A stretch of 60,658 bases of DNA from a virus (taxonomy: Duplodnaviria > Caudoviricetes), in IMG/VR virus record IMGVR_UViG_3300042868_014229, positions 1 to 60,658 of that record; one strand, written 5' to 3'. Within the stretch, counting starts at the first letter, position 1; every line of letters starts with the position of its first letter. The notes below the pieces were generated by a model. It did no database searches. It was not told the origin of the DNA and saw only the letters and a program-made list of their open reading frames with translations. Position numbers and translations under genes: made by a program. Shown in pieces: positions 1-9,722 of the stretch.

Positions 1-243
1 TTAATTAATTTTGTATTTTTCACAATCACCTAAGCTATAAGTTGTTAAACCATCCATGGACTCAACGTGCATGAAATCAGGTTCCAAGTGTTGAACCATG
101 AAACCATGGTCTAATCTAAGGATTTTGTCAATGTCAAATATATCTAAACGACCATTTGACCATAAATTGTGCAACACTCTAAGTGTTGTGTGAAAATTAG
201 GTTTACTAATCACTGTTTGTGTTTTGTTTTGTGATAAATTCAT
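1..243 (-). CDS. hypothetical protein
   Basis: 80-aa ORF in co-oriented gene run. Confidence 0.6.
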   Translation of the reverse strand: MNLSQNKTQTVISKPNFHTTLRVLHNLWSNGRLDIFDIDKILRLDHGFMVQHLEPDFMHVESMDGLTTYSLGDCEKYKIN

Positions 244-255
244 ATTGTTTTATTT

Positions 256-699
256 TTAAATTCCAAATATTTTACTAGGATGGTTAAATTTCCTTTTATG
301 TTTTTTTCTACCTTCGGTTCTAGTTATCGTATCATTAACGTCATCGTATTCCGATTTGGACCAATGACCAGTAATAGATTGTTCATATATGATTCTATTT
401 TTTTCATCACGAAGTTTAATCCAAAAAGTATTATAATTATCTTCATGATATATCATATAACCTTTTATATTAAAACCGCAGATGCTTTTATAACCATTTG
501 AATCTTCCCTATATTCTCTATAGGTTCCATCTTTCTTGGTAATTGTTTTTATTTTGTACCAATCACCATTGGCATTCCAATTGTAGGTTAACACACCCCT
601 TTTGTTATAGTTTTCACTATGAACTAATTCGTCATCAACGTATTCTTCAAAGGTTTTCATTCCACCTTTGGGCCATCTAGTTATCAGGTGTTTTATCAT
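256..699 (-). CDS. hypothetical protein with beta-hairpin-like repeats
   Basis: Repeated E-D-S-N-G/Y-D-x-x-N units; resembles 1293..1745. Confidence 0.6.
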   Translation of the reverse strand: MIKHLITRWPKGGMKTFEEYVDDELVHSENYNKRGVLTYNWNANGDWYKIKTITKKDGTYREYREDSNGYKSICGFNIKGYMIYHEDNYNTFWIKLRDEKNRIIYEQSITGHWSKSEYDDVNDTITRTEGRKKHKRKFNHPSKIFGI

Positions 700-847
700 C
701 TAAATCTTCTTCTTCTTCTTCTTCTTCGTTGAAAAAATCTTTCCCTTTATAGTCTGGATGTTTTTCATGCATACTAGCAATTCCATTTGCCCATAATAAT
801 GAAATAATAAGTACAACTACAAATTCAAGTAAATAAACTTTCCACAT
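677..847 (-). CDS. small membrane protein with poly-Glu tail (56 aa)
   Basis: Manually translated MWKVYLLEFVVVLIISLLWANG...EEEEEEEDLDDKTPDN; below ORF-track cutoff. Confidence 0.6.
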   Translation of the reverse strand: MWKVYLLEFVVVLIISLLWANGIASMHEKHPDYKGKDFFNEEEEEEEDLDDKTPDN

Positions 848-848
848 A

Positions 849-1019
849 TTATAATTCTTTTAATAGTTCGTAAATAATAACCAATACTACAATTGGCCAT
901 AATAAAATAAAAATAACAAATTCAAAACCTGTTAGTTTTGCTTCTTCAATGTCGTACATTTGAGTATAATAATCAATATACCCAGTCAATAACATTCCAA
1001 TTATCAAATATATTATCAT
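849..1019 (-). CDS. small two-TM membrane protein (56 aa)
   Basis: Manually translated MIIYLIIGMLLTGY...FVIFILLWPIVVLVIIYELLKEL; abuts neighbours. Confidence 0.6.
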   Translation of the reverse strand: MIIYLIIGMLLTGYIDYYTQMYDIEEAKLTGFEFVIFILLWPIVVLVIIYELLKEL

Positions 1020-1026
1020 AATTCTT

Positions 1027-1278
1027 TTAGGGCATTACCCAATAATATTTATTGTTATGTTTACAGACTGGTATGTTACTCAGCGGCTGCTCTTTTGGTA
1101 CTCGGTATATAACAACCAATTTACCATCTATTTCAAGTGTAACTGTTCTATGATATGGTCCGTAAGGTATAGCATAAATTACTTCACCATTTAAACGCTG
1201 AATACCATCTTTACATATGTTTTGTAATGTAACGCATGATGTTGCAACCAATAATAAAAAAACAATTAACTTTCTCAT
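1027..1278 (-). CDS. putative lipoprotein
   Basis: Signal peptide with ATSC lipobox-like Cys. Confidence 0.6.
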   Translation of the reverse strand: MRKLIVFLLLVATSCVTLQNICKDGIQRLNGEVIYAIPYGPYHRTVTLEIDGKLVVIYRVPKEQPLSNIPVCKHNNKYYWVMP

Positions 1279-1282
1279 AAGG

Positions 1283-1290
1283 CAAATATA
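1283..1290 (-). promoter_or_regulatory. Bacteroidota-type -7 promoter box TATATTTG
   Basis: TAnnTTTG just upstream of a start codon; recurs about 20 times in intergenic gaps. Confidence 0.55.
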
Positions 1291-1292
1291 CG

Positions 1293-1745
1293 TTAATTTT
1301 CTAACCCACCAAACTTATTAAGTGTTTTTTTGAAATTTAATTCATAACTACAAAATAATTCAGGGTTTTCAACATCTTCGTATTTTATGTTACCTCTACC
1401 ATCGTGGTAATGTACTGAACCATAACAATTTAAGAAGAATGTTTTATTACCATCTTCATTATATCTGGTTTCGTGCCATGTACCGTTTGACCTTTCTGTC
1501 AATAATTTATTATCATCGTTATCGTAGAGATGTCTTTCCCATGTGTTTTTAATCTTATCCTCTATAAAAACGCTGGTGTTGCCATCTGGTAGATAATCCA
1601 TTATACATAGAATAGCGTGGCTTTCTTTGTATAATAAGGTTCCTTGGTCATCAAACTCTTCTCTGATGACCAATTTACCATTATTGTATTCGCAACTAGA
1701 TTTAACTTGGTAATTATCATGATATGTTATTTCATGTTTGGTCAT
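1293..1745 (-). CDS. hypothetical protein with beta-hairpin-like repeats
   Basis: Y-D/N-x-D-G/D-N repeats, ERSNGTW. Confidence 0.6.
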   Translation of the reverse strand: MTKHEITYHDNYQVKSSCEYNNGKLVIREEFDDQGTLLYKESHAILCIMDYLPDGNTSVFIEDKIKNTWERHLYDNDDNKLLTERSNGTWHETRYNEDGNKTFFLNCYGSVHYHDGRGNIKYEDVENPELFCSYELNFKKTLNKFGGLEN

Positions 1746-2209
1746 TTACCTCGTTCAATTAATTCGTCTCTTAATTTTGCTGCAAGTTCGTAATCTTCAT
1801 TACTAATAGCAACTTCCAATTCATGATTTAATTGTCCAATACTTTTAACATCTTTAGGGATGAAGTCAATCAAATCCCAAAACAATGCTTCAAACATACT
1901 GTAATCGATTCCTTCAAGAAACTCATCTTGTACAGCATCAATCACTTGAACCTCATTGTCAACAAATCCAATTACTACTGTTTGTGGTTCTTGCCAATCT
2001 CCACCGCAGGATATGATAAGTGTATCTTCAGTAAAATCAACAAACTCACAGTTTTCAGTATCTAATGGTTCATCAAATTCATCTTCATCTTCGAAGAATT
2101 CTTTCATGTTTATTTGTGGCCAGTTAGGTATGTTTTGTAACATGTAGGTAACCAAGAATCCACCATCAAATAAATAAGGTATCAATGCTAATTTAAAATT
2201 TCTATTCAT
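1742..2209 (-). CDS. acidic protein with C-terminal UvrB/UvrC (UVR) motif
   Basis: LEVAISNEDYELAAKLRDEL. Confidence 0.75.
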   Translation of the reverse strand: MNRNFKLALIPYLFDGGFLVTYMLQNIPNWPQINMKEFFEDEDEFDEPLDTENCEFVDFTEDTLIISCGGDWQEPQTVVIGFVDNEVQVIDAVQDEFLEGIDYSMFEALFWDLIDFIPKDVKSIGQLNHELEVAISNEDYELAAKLRDELIERGK

Positions 2210-2210
2210 C

Positions 2211-2771
2211 TTATTCTTTCTTAAAATAATCTTTTAAATCGTTTTTTACAATCAACTTTTCCAAAACACCGCTGTAGTTTTTTCCTTTAGCATAGGTTTT
2301 GTCCAAGAATTTTTTGTATTGTGTTCTGGTCATGTTATTGAGATATAATGCTTCATAAATCATTCTGTCCTCGACACATAATTTCCAATTGTCATACAAC
2401 GCATGGTTTAAATTACTACCATTACATAGATTGTAACGTTTTTTAGGTTGTTTCATTCCAAAGAGGTTGTTATTCTCTTTAAATACAGCTGACTTAAAGT
2501 GTCCGCTCTCTAATACAGCTTGGGCTAAAATAATGTCAGGGAATTTGAATTTGTGACATTTGATTTCTTCAACCAAAGCTTGTTTGCTAAAGCTATCGTT
2601 GATAGCTTCGTTGGGGTCATCTTCTTTTTTACTCTTTGTCAAAGAAGTTAATACAAATAGTGCAACTAATATTAGGGCACCAAATAATACATGTTTAATT
2701 GTTTTCGTTTCATAAAATCTCATAATTTTTGTTTTAGTTAATACTCCGTGAAACTTACGAGGGACAAACAT
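2211..2771 (-). CDS. glucosaminidase (GH73-like) peptidoglycan hydrolase with N-terminal TM
   Basis: ILAQAVLESG...NNNLFGMK...YA motifs. Confidence 0.8.
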   Translation of the reverse strand: MFVPRKFHGVLTKTKIMRFYETKTIKHVLFGALILVALFVLTSLTKSKKEDDPNEAINDSFSKQALVEEIKCHKFKFPDIILAQAVLESGHFKSAVFKENNNLFGMKQPKKRYNLCNGSNLNHALYDNWKLCVEDRMIYEALYLNNMTRTQYKKFLDKTYAKGKNYSGVLEKLIVKNDLKDYFKKE

Positions 2772-2796
2772 ACAACATATATTTTAATCCACCAAA

Positions 2797-2829
2797 TAAA
2801 AAAGCAACTATTTCTAGTTGCTTTCTTTT
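2797..2829 (-). terminator. intrinsic terminator (GCAACTA stem)
   Basis: AAAGCAACTA-tttc-TAGTTGCTTT with A/T runs. Confidence 0.65.
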
Positions 2830-3350
2830 TTTACTCTAAGTATATTAACAAACCGATTAATAAGATAGGGTTCTTGCTTACCATTGGCGAAGGTTATTGT
2901 ATAATCTACTGGGTAATTAACTTCTTTATCTATTACACCCAACTCTTTAAATTTAGATACGTCTAACATAGGTGTCCCATCATTTTGATTGGTTGAACCT
3001 ATAACGGTTTCTAAATTGTTAAAACCAACTGTCATAGACCCAAAACATCTTTCACTTGATGAGCAGATACCTTTTTCATCATCAATAAAACTTGTAAAAA
3101 TTGGTCTCATATCACACCAGATTGCAACACCACCTTCTTCTGGTGTAACACTTCCATCAATTAGATACCAATGACCTTTTCTATATTTTAATTCAACGTT
3201 ATTCATTTTTTTCTTTATTAATTCGTTAAAACCTTCTAGTTCATGAGGTAGAACCATACCATTTAAAAACTCTTTTACATGGTCGTTTAATCTTTTAAAA
3301 GGTTGTTTACCTTTAAGACTTTCAGCCGCATGTTTGATTTTATCATTCAT
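2814..3350 (-). CDS. hypothetical protein
   Basis: 178-aa ORF. Confidence 0.6.
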   Translation of the reverse strand: MNDKIKHAAESLKGKQPFKRLNDHVKEFLNGMVLPHELEGFNELIKKKMNNVELKYRKGHWYLIDGSVTPEEGGVAIWCDMRPIFTSFIDDEKGICSSSERCFGSMTVGFNNLETVIGSTNQNDGTPMLDVSKFKELGVIDKEVNYPVDYTITFANGKQEPYLINRFVNILRVKKESN

Positions 3351-3352
3351 AA

Positions 3353-3508
3353 TTAGTAAATAAAATTGTCATCAGAAGCATGACCAGAAAATTGTTGGTA
3401 CTGAGGCTGATTTTGTTGTTTCTCAATTTCTTTAAATTTAAACTCAATACGTCTTTTTCTTATCAGATGATTTAACATACCAGTCATTTTTTCTCTTAGA
3501 TTTTTCAT
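3353..3508 (-). CDS. hypothetical protein (51 aa)
   Basis: Manually translated MKNLREKMTGMLNHLIRKRR...; fills the gap between neighbours. Confidence 0.5.
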   Translation of the reverse strand: MKNLREKMTGMLNHLIRKRRIEFKFKEIEKQQNQPQYQQFSGHASDDNFIY

Positions 3509-3512
3509 GTGG

Positions 3513-4514
3513 TTAATTATTAATTGTTATCAGCCAAATGTATTTAGCTAATTTATTGTAAAATTCTAAATATAATCTTTGCGTGAACCTAGATATTTTT
3601 CTGTGTTTATAGGCAAATTTCATTTTTCTAACTATCTCATAGTGAGATGTTGGTTTTGCTTTCAAGAACCATGGCATCCATGTAATATCTTCACCAGCAA
3701 CAATTGGTACACCAGCAGTTACAAAATCAGCAGTTACAATATTAAATGATTCAGAAAATGAAACTTGAGTACCAATATCTAATGTCGAAATAACAGCTAA
3801 TAAATCTTTATGGTTATACCATGTATGTTCTATTAAGTTATGATGAGAATACTCAAATATAGCTCTTAAGTTTCTAATTACATTATCACCAGATTGTTCT
3901 ATTCTAGATGAATTGATATGAAAATTTAAAACTTTACCTTCCGTTTCAGCAAACTCAATCGCTGCCAGTGCTTGTTGAAACGTATTTTTCATTGGTCTTA
4001 TAGCACCAAAAGAACCTATATCAATAGTGGTTGAGCTTGTTTTATCTTTTATTTCAAAATCATGAAACTCATAAACATTTGGTAAATAAATAAATTCTCC
4101 ACCTCTAAATGCTATTTTCAATTGTCTTGTTAACTCTCTAGTATTTGGGGCTATAATAACACCTTTGATTCTAGTGTATTCTTCAATCCACTTCAAAGCA
4201 ACACCTTCATTGGCTAAAAATGGTGCTTTAGAATGTATTCTAACTATCCATTTTCTGTTTTTATGACGTTCTATTTTTAATAGTTCGTCAAATTTTGCAG
4301 GTGGAACCCATAAAGCCTCAATAACTACAATATCCGCTTTGTACTCAGTTACAACTTTATCAATTTGGTTTGAATCGGTAACTGGAATTAATTTAGAATC
4401 ATATTTATCTGACAAAAAATTAACAACAAATCTAGCAGAATTAAATAACCCAGATGTGATTCCATAGGTGTCTTTAACCCTGTCACATGTAATAAATAAA
4501 ATTTTTTGTTTCAT
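3513..4514 (-). CDS. glycosyltransferase (GT-B, GT4-like)
   Basis: GSFGAIRPMKN and SFSESFNIVTAD...GVPIV motifs. Confidence 0.7.
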   Translation of the reverse strand: MKQKILFITCDRVKDTYGITSGLFNSARFVVNFLSDKYDSKLIPVTDSNQIDKVVTEYKADIVVIEALWVPPAKFDELLKIERHKNRKWIVRIHSKAPFLANEGVALKWIEEYTRIKGVIIAPNTRELTRQLKIAFRGGEFIYLPNVYEFHDFEIKDKTSSTTIDIGSFGAIRPMKNTFQQALAAIEFAETEGKVLNFHINSSRIEQSGDNVIRNLRAIFEYSHHNLIEHTWYNHKDLLAVISTLDIGTQVSFSESFNIVTADFVTAGVPIVAGEDITWMPWFLKAKPTSHYEIVRKMKFAYKHRKISRFTQRLYLEFYNKLAKYIWLITINN

Positions 4515-4666
4515 ATATTTCTTTACAAATAAATATAGATATATAACTGAAAATTTTATTAATTTTTATAAATTAATTCAAAAATAATATTAGTGTTTTT
4601 CTGACTTACAATGTAATTAATCAACGATAACCAATTATTATCTTTACTTAGTATTTCAGGTCAATT

Positions 4667-5047
4667 TTAAACTTCATGAACGTATGTTTCTAAGTTAGTA
4701 ATCATTTTGTCTAATAACTCATGTTCATTTCTATCCATTTCATCAAGGATTTCATTAACCTCAGCATTTGTTTTTGTAAGAATAGTGTTTTTGATTAATT
4801 CTAAAAACTCATCTCTGTAGTTCCTAACAATTGCAAATCCGTGATTTGTATAAGCCAAACCACTTGAATTTACATGTAAGAAATAATCCAAAGCTTTACT
4901 ACGAATCAAATAACCAAAGTCTTGTGGCTTGATTTCAACATCAGGCATTGAAAGAATAAGTTTACATATTCTAAGTATCTTTGCTTCTTTTGCAGTTAAC
5001 GTTATGGGTTTAACCCACCATTTTGTAAAAATTTTCATAATGAACAT
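4667..5047 (-). CDS. hypothetical protein
   Basis: 126-aa ORF with -7 box at 5065-5072. Confidence 0.6.
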   Translation of the reverse strand: MFIMKIFTKWWVKPITLTAKEAKILRICKLILSMPDVEIKPQDFGYLIRSKALDYFLHVNSSGLAYTNHGFAIVRNYRDEFLELIKNTILTKTNAEVNEILDEMDRNEHELLDKMITNLETYVHEV

Positions 5048-5100
5048 TATTAATTAATATTGGACAAAGATATTAATCTTTTCCGAACTACCAAACTTTT

Positions 5101-5304
5101 TTATTCTTTTTTCCAAGAATTTTTTATAAAAACATCAAAGAACGCCAGTATCAGGGCTATTGGTGCAAAAACAATTGTGCAACCGCATACAAAATTAGGT
5201 GTGGTATCACTTGCATAACTAGCTGTATCTTTATACCAATTGCGTTTGTAACATATCCAAACACCTATAACTAACCAAATAAAAACCCATTGAACTATTT
5301 GCAT
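5101..5304 (-). CDS. small membrane protein
   Basis: Two hydrophobic segments. Confidence 0.6.
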   Translation of the reverse strand: MQIVQWVFIWLVIGVWICYKRNWYKDTASYASDTTPNFVCGCTIVFAPIALILAFFDVFIKNSWKKE

Positions 5305-5306
5305 GA

Positions 5307-6347
5307 TTAAAATACTAAATTGTTAATTGTCATTTTATTGAATGGAACCAATTTTACTAGGATATCCACTTCAACGTCTTTACCTTTTTTATCTTCAATC
5401 CAATCTTTCGCTTTGAATACGATTTCATTTGCTTTGAAAGTTACCATATCAATAACTGACTCACCAGCAAGATAAGTATCAGTATATTTTATCTTCTTGC
5501 TAGTAGTGAAGATTGTTTTGAATGTATCTACACCATTAACAATATGATAAACTTCATATTTGTATTGCTCAAATTGATAGTTGTACATTGATTTGAACTC
5601 GCTGAATGGTTTACCAAATAAATTGATGTCATCAATAATGCTTATCAATAAATCGATATTCAAGTTAACCAACGAAACGTTTTCTTCCAAGTCTTTTTTA
5701 TACTCTAGGTTAATCAATTTGTCATCAACAATCATGTTGAACAACTCTTCTGGTAATTCTGCATACTCTTGCAAAAATTTGATTCTAGAAGGTCTGTTGA
5801 TGAAGAACTCGTTAACATTATCATTGGTTGTCATCAAGAACAATACCTTGTGGTCATTGCTTGTAACACCATCCATAAAAGATAGAAAAGACTCTTGGGA
5901 ATGATAACCATCCATCTTGTTATTATCAGTCTTTTTGGTATCAAATAACTTCTCAAACTCATCCACAAACAAAGTATGGTTTTGTTTGATGTTACTCAAG
6001 AATGTTGTAAAATTTACTTCTACTGGAATTTGTTTGTTGATAATAACAACTGGTTGATTTAAGTCAGTACAAATAAGTTTTGCAGTAAGACTTTTACCTT
6101 GACCTTTATTACCAGTCAACAATACACCCAAATTCTTTTGGTTTGCTTCGTATGACTTTTTTATAAGTTCTCTAAGTTCATCATTTACGTCATAAACTTT
6201 ATCAGGAAATTTAAACCCTTCAATGTCTTCCAACCAACAGTTACCATTCTCATCAAAATTGAATAGGTAATTTTTGTTCTCAAGCGTTTGCTCAATAGTT
6301 AATGCGTTAAAGAAGAAATACTTTCCGTTGTCTTTTAATATATTCAT
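5307..6347 (-). CDS. AAA+ ATPase
   Basis: Walker A GNKGQGKS, Walker B LFVDEFEK, NRPSRI arginine finger. Confidence 0.85.
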   Translation of the reverse strand: MNILKDNGKYFFFNALTIEQTLENKNYLFNFDENGNCWLEDIEGFKFPDKVYDVNDELRELIKKSYEANQKNLGVLLTGNKGQGKSLTAKLICTDLNQPVVIINKQIPVEVNFTTFLSNIKQNHTLFVDEFEKLFDTKKTDNNKMDGYHSQESFLSFMDGVTSNDHKVLFLMTTNDNVNEFFINRPSRIKFLQEYAELPEELFNMIVDDKLINLEYKKDLEENVSLVNLNIDLLISIIDDINLFGKPFSEFKSMYNYQFEQYKYEVYHIVNGVDTFKTIFTTSKKIKYTDTYLAGESVIDMVTFKANEIVFKAKDWIEDKKGKDVEVDILVKLVPFNKMTINNLVF

Positions 6348-6348
6348 T

Positions 6349-6771
6349 TTATTTTAATTTAATTTGTTCTAAAGCAATCGGTTCCCCATAATACTTTAAA
6401 TTTTTCATTCCAGTTAATCGTTCATTGATTCTTTCGACCAAAAGCTTTCTATCATTGGACTTTTCTTTATAATCATTATAAAGATTTCCAGGTAAACCGT
6501 CAAAGGCATCGGAATAATCGGTAATATTAAAATTACGTTTTAAACATTCTTCGGTTAATTCATTGTATCTATCGTGTAGGTATTTCAACCTATTGTAAAA
6601 GAAAACAACATGTCCTGTTCCTAGGGTGAACATACTAGGTATCTTGGATAAATTAACCTTAGCTTTCCCAGACTTAATAGAGTTTGGAATTCTAAGTATC
6701 TCGATTCTTTCTTTGATAAGATGTGCATCACACAACTCAATTCCTCTGACGGCAACTGAAATTCTTGTCAT
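6349..6771 (-). CDS. denV: pyrimidine-dimer DNA glycosylase / endonuclease V
   Basis: N-terminal MTRI, LCDAHL..E..E..RI, FTLGTGHVVFFYNRL as in T4 DenV. Confidence 0.9.
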   Translation of the reverse strand: MTRISVAVRGIELCDAHLIKERIEILRIPNSIKSGKAKVNLSKIPSMFTLGTGHVVFFYNRLKYLHDRYNELTEECLKRNFNITDYSDAFDGLPGNLYNDYKEKSNDRKLLVERINERLTGMKNLKYYGEPIALEQIKLK

Positions 6772-6825
6772 AATAATTTAATTAAGCAAAACTACTACAT
6801 TGTTTAGTGTTTTACAAGTTTTTAG

Positions 6826-7038
6826 TTACTTATTTTTAGAAATTAATTCTTCCAACTCTTGAAAGTCTTCGTCACGTACAGCTTCTTTATCATAATACAC
6901 ATAACTACTACAAGTTGGTGGCATTACAAATTGTATCTCAATAGAGAAATTACTCACACTACCCTTGGCAATGTTGCTAATGTTTTTTGGTTCTGCTAAA
7001 AGTGTTTTTAGGTCAGAGTTAAGACTTTTGTTCTTCAT
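6826..7038 (-). CDS. hypothetical protein
   Basis: 70-aa ORF. Confidence 0.55.
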   Translation of the reverse strand: MKNKSLNSDLKTLLAEPKNISNIAKGSVSNFSIEIQFVMPPTCSSYVYYDKEAVRDEDFQELEELISKNK

Positions 7039-7039
7039 T

Positions 7040-7366
7040 TTATTTTTGTTTAATATGATTTATACTACCGATTACTTTTCCAGTATGATTTATAATTTGA
7101 CCATTTGAATTGATTAACCCCATTCTTCTAAGGGTTTCAATTTCTGTTGGTATTGGCAATGGTGCCCATGGTAATCTAATACCATTGAACCTTTTCTTTA
7201 ATACCCAATCAACTTGTTCCATGAACTTGTCGCTTGACTTGGTTCGATTATTAAAAATCTCGTTAAACCAAAGAGCATTTGAAATGTGTTGGTGAGATAC
7301 TTTATCAAATGATACAAATCTCCCATCAAAAGTGTACCAACCATCGTAAATTACATGTGTTTGCAT
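7040..7366 (-). CDS. hypothetical protein
   Basis: 108-aa ORF, -7 box at 7392-7399. Confidence 0.6.
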   Translation of the reverse strand: MQTHVIYDGWYTFDGRFVSFDKVSHQHISNALWFNEIFNNRTKSSDKFMEQVDWVLKKRFNGIRLPWAPLPIPTEIETLRRMGLINSNGQIINHTGKVIGSINHIKQK

Positions 7367-7419
7367 AATGTTACATTTTAATATTAAAGCACAAAGATAA
7401 ACTAATATTTAATATAAAC

Positions 7420-7456
7420 AAAAAAAAAGCAACTATTTTTACATAGTTGCTTTTTT
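7420..7456 (-). terminator. intrinsic terminator (GCAACTAT stem)
   Basis: AAAAAGCAACTAT-loop-ATAGTTGCTTTTT. Confidence 0.75.
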
Positions 7457-7462
7457 ATATGG

Positions 7463-7673
7463 TTACACACCCTATCAAGATTGGGATAATCGTGCAGGCC
7501 CAAACCCCAACACTCCAGTCAGTCATCTCTCTCCACCAGTAGTGGCTGATGCTTAATGATTATCTTACTCAACACACATGACGTGTCTTGATTCTTGTCA
7601 TAATATGGCATCTAACGGGACCAGCCTATTTTATTCACCGCCTTGTATTACTTGTTTGTCTTTCTATGTGTAA
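7463..7673 (-). ncRNA. putative structured ncRNA (about 210 nt), family unknown
   Basis: GC-rich gap; nested stems TTACACAT/GTGTGTAA, ATCAAGA/TCTTGAT, GATAATC/GATTATC; followed by terminator. Confidence 0.55.
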
Positions 7674-7680
7674 TGGTTTC

Positions 7681-8274
7681 TTAGTTAGCAGCATCTAACC
7701 TTGCCATAAGAGCTTTCAATTGCTCTTGTGTTGCAACGTCAACTATCGCTAACTTATTCACTGGTTGTGTAAAGTGTAATGGAACCGTAGCTACAATGTA
7801 ATGCATGTTATGCTCGATATAGATATCTTCTGGTGTAAATCCGAATACTGCATCACCGTTTGTTCCATATGAACCATCTTCTGCAGGTGAAGGTAGCGTA
7901 GAATAATTCCCAGCTTCATAACTAGAATTTTTAACAATTTGTTCAGTGTTTGTCAATTGAGAGTTAACGCTAGATACTTTGTTTACTTGGTAATATCCAA
8001 TCGGAGCCGAAACACCTTCATTGAAGATATACATGTAGAACATTACACTTCTATCGTTTTGCAACTTGAAACGTTTGATAAGGTTATCACGTTCAAGTGA
8101 CCATGTAATTCTTGGTGCTGGTTGAACTTGGTTCAGGTTTTGTTGATTAATTTCAGTGTGAGCTTGTTCATCTCTTGCTGATGTGTTTCTCGGTCTTGTC
8201 TCTTCACAACTTGAAGCTACTAATAACGTAACAAATACAAATACCATTGTGAATTTTCCTAATACTTTTTTCAT
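7681..8274 (-). CDS. lipoprotein
   Basis: LVASSC lipobox; PSPAEDGSYGTN motif. Confidence 0.7.
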   Translation of the reverse strand: MKKVLGKFTMVFVFVTLLVASSCEETRPRNTSARDEQAHTEINQQNLNQVQPAPRITWSLERDNLIKRFKLQNDRSVMFYMYIFNEGVSAPIGYYQVNKVSSVNSQLTNTEQIVKNSSYEAGNYSTLPSPAEDGSYGTNGDAVFGFTPEDIYIEHNMHYIVATVPLHFTQPVNKLAIVDVATQEQLKALMARLDAAN

Positions 8275-8286
8275 GTTTTCTTTTTT

Positions 8287-8673
8287 TTAATTATTATAAC
8301 AATTGAAGTCGTTAACATTTAATTCGTAAGGTAGAGCACTAGACTTCCAAAGGCTTCTTCCCCACATTTTTGATTTAGCATTGTAATCTTCAACCCATTT
8401 GTTTAATTGAGTTTTGATTGTGTTCACACGTTGAGCTTTGCTAAATTGCTCAAACATGACATCTTTTTCATCTAATTCTTTCATGTTACATAAGTCGGTA
8501 TTCAACTTACTACATGTGTTGTAGATTTCCTGGTACTCTTCGTAAACAATTACAGCATCTTCTGCATGTGTTGCCTTAGAAACTCTTGTTAACATCCATC
8601 CACCGATAGATAATCCTACTACTATGACAATAAGCCATAAATACAAATTCTTGAAAATTTTAATTTCGTCCAT
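8287..8673 (-). CDS. membrane-anchored protein, probable partner of the lipoprotein
   Basis: N-terminal TM, VEDYNAKS motif. Confidence 0.65.
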   Translation of the reverse strand: MDEIKIFKNLYLWLIVIVVGLSIGGWMLTRVSKATHAEDAVIVYEEYQEIYNTCSKLNTDLCNMKELDEKDVMFEQFSKAQRVNTIKTQLNKWVEDYNAKSKMWGRSLWKSSALPYELNVNDFNCYNN

Positions 8674-8730
8674 TTTTTAAAATGATTTTTAATACCTACT
8701 CTATTATTGGTTTTCGGCTTCCCCTTATTT

Positions 8731-8946
8731 TTAATCTAAAATCTCAACTCGTCTACATTCAACGTAGCTATCGTCTTCATAAAAAACATAAGCTGGTACG
8801 TTTAAATGTGGGTGGTTAATGATACCCTTGATGGTGTTTGTCTTGGCACCGCTTTTAAATGGTTTTGGGTTATATCTTTTATCACCATTGATTGACTTCT
8901 TTGTACATTTTCTACCAATGTACCCTTCATAAAATTCTGCTTCCAT
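8731..8946 (-). CDS. hypothetical protein
   Basis: KPFKSG motif; -7 box 8969-8976. Confidence 0.6.
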   Translation of the reverse strand: MEAEFYEGYIGRKCTKKSINGDKRYNPKPFKSGAKTNTIKGIINHPHLNVPAYVFYEDDSYVECRRVEILD

Positions 8947-9013
8947 GACCTGTCTTTTAATTAGAGTGCAAATATATAATTTATTTTTTTAACTACCAAA
9001 CTTTTTAATTAAA

Positions 9014-9547
9014 TTAATCAAAAATATTATTTGAATAGATTGTTATTTCATGGTATTTCATTAGATATTCTTCTACTTCAACCCATGTTGGATAATCACC
9101 ATGACCAAAGTGTAAGTGTTTACCAATAAAGTATTCAGCACCATTGGCTAGTCTATCATCAACCAGGAAATCACCCATATTTAATTCTTTTCGTTGAGAT
9201 AGAATAAGTCTATCTTTTGCTTCATCACCAAAGTATTTTTGAATCCAATGTCTTTTATCCATATAAGACTCAGGGACCAACCAACAAGGCGTTGAAAGGA
9301 ATAAGATATCATAATGTTCCCAAAGTCTATTAACGGCCTCTATACTGCCTTGTATTGGTTCTAAATCTAAGAACATTCTAGGATTATCTGACATTACCTT
9401 TTCAACCATCTTAGAACGTTTCTCATAGTTGGGTGCGTTTGATGATAGTGTAACAATACTTGGGTTTATTTCTAATACCCTTTTATCGAAATCGGCTAGT
9501 ACTCCATCCATATCAACATAGAGTATTTTTTTGTTGTTTTTTCTCAT
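9014..9547 (-). CDS. 5'(3')-deoxyribonucleotidase (HAD, NT5C family)
   Basis: YVDMDGVLADF, GDFLVDDR. Confidence 0.85.
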   Translation of the reverse strand: MRKNNKKILYVDMDGVLADFDKRVLEINPSIVTLSSNAPNYEKRSKMVEKVMSDNPRMFLDLEPIQGSIEAVNRLWEHYDILFLSTPCWLVPESYMDKRHWIQKYFGDEAKDRLILSQRKELNMGDFLVDDRLANGAEYFIGKHLHFGHGDYPTWVEVEEYLMKYHEITIYSNNIFD

Positions 9548-9557
9548 AATATTTTTT

Positions 9558-9720
9558 TGGTAGGGATGGCAGGAATCGAACCTGCACGAGTTCCATGTTT
9601 TATCATGCCTTGTTTCCCTTTTAGTGTCCTAAGTCGGCTAGCATGCAGAAACAACTTAGGTAGTAAGGAACTCTAGTAAGATTGCGTATAACTTAGCGGC
9701 TACCATTTCGCCACATCCCC
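9558..9720 (-). ncRNA. tRNA-like RNA with large structured insert, CCA encoded
   Basis: GGGGATG/CATCCCT-ACCA acceptor, D-arm GCGAAATGGTAGCCGC, T-arm GCAGG-TTCGATT-CCTGC, 163 nt. Confidence 0.75.
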
Positions 9721-9722
9721 AT

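Noticed and set aside
705-727. (TTC)n microsatellite as a phase-variation site
   Set aside because: In-frame poly-Glu codons of a small ORF; a triplet repeat would not shift the frame.
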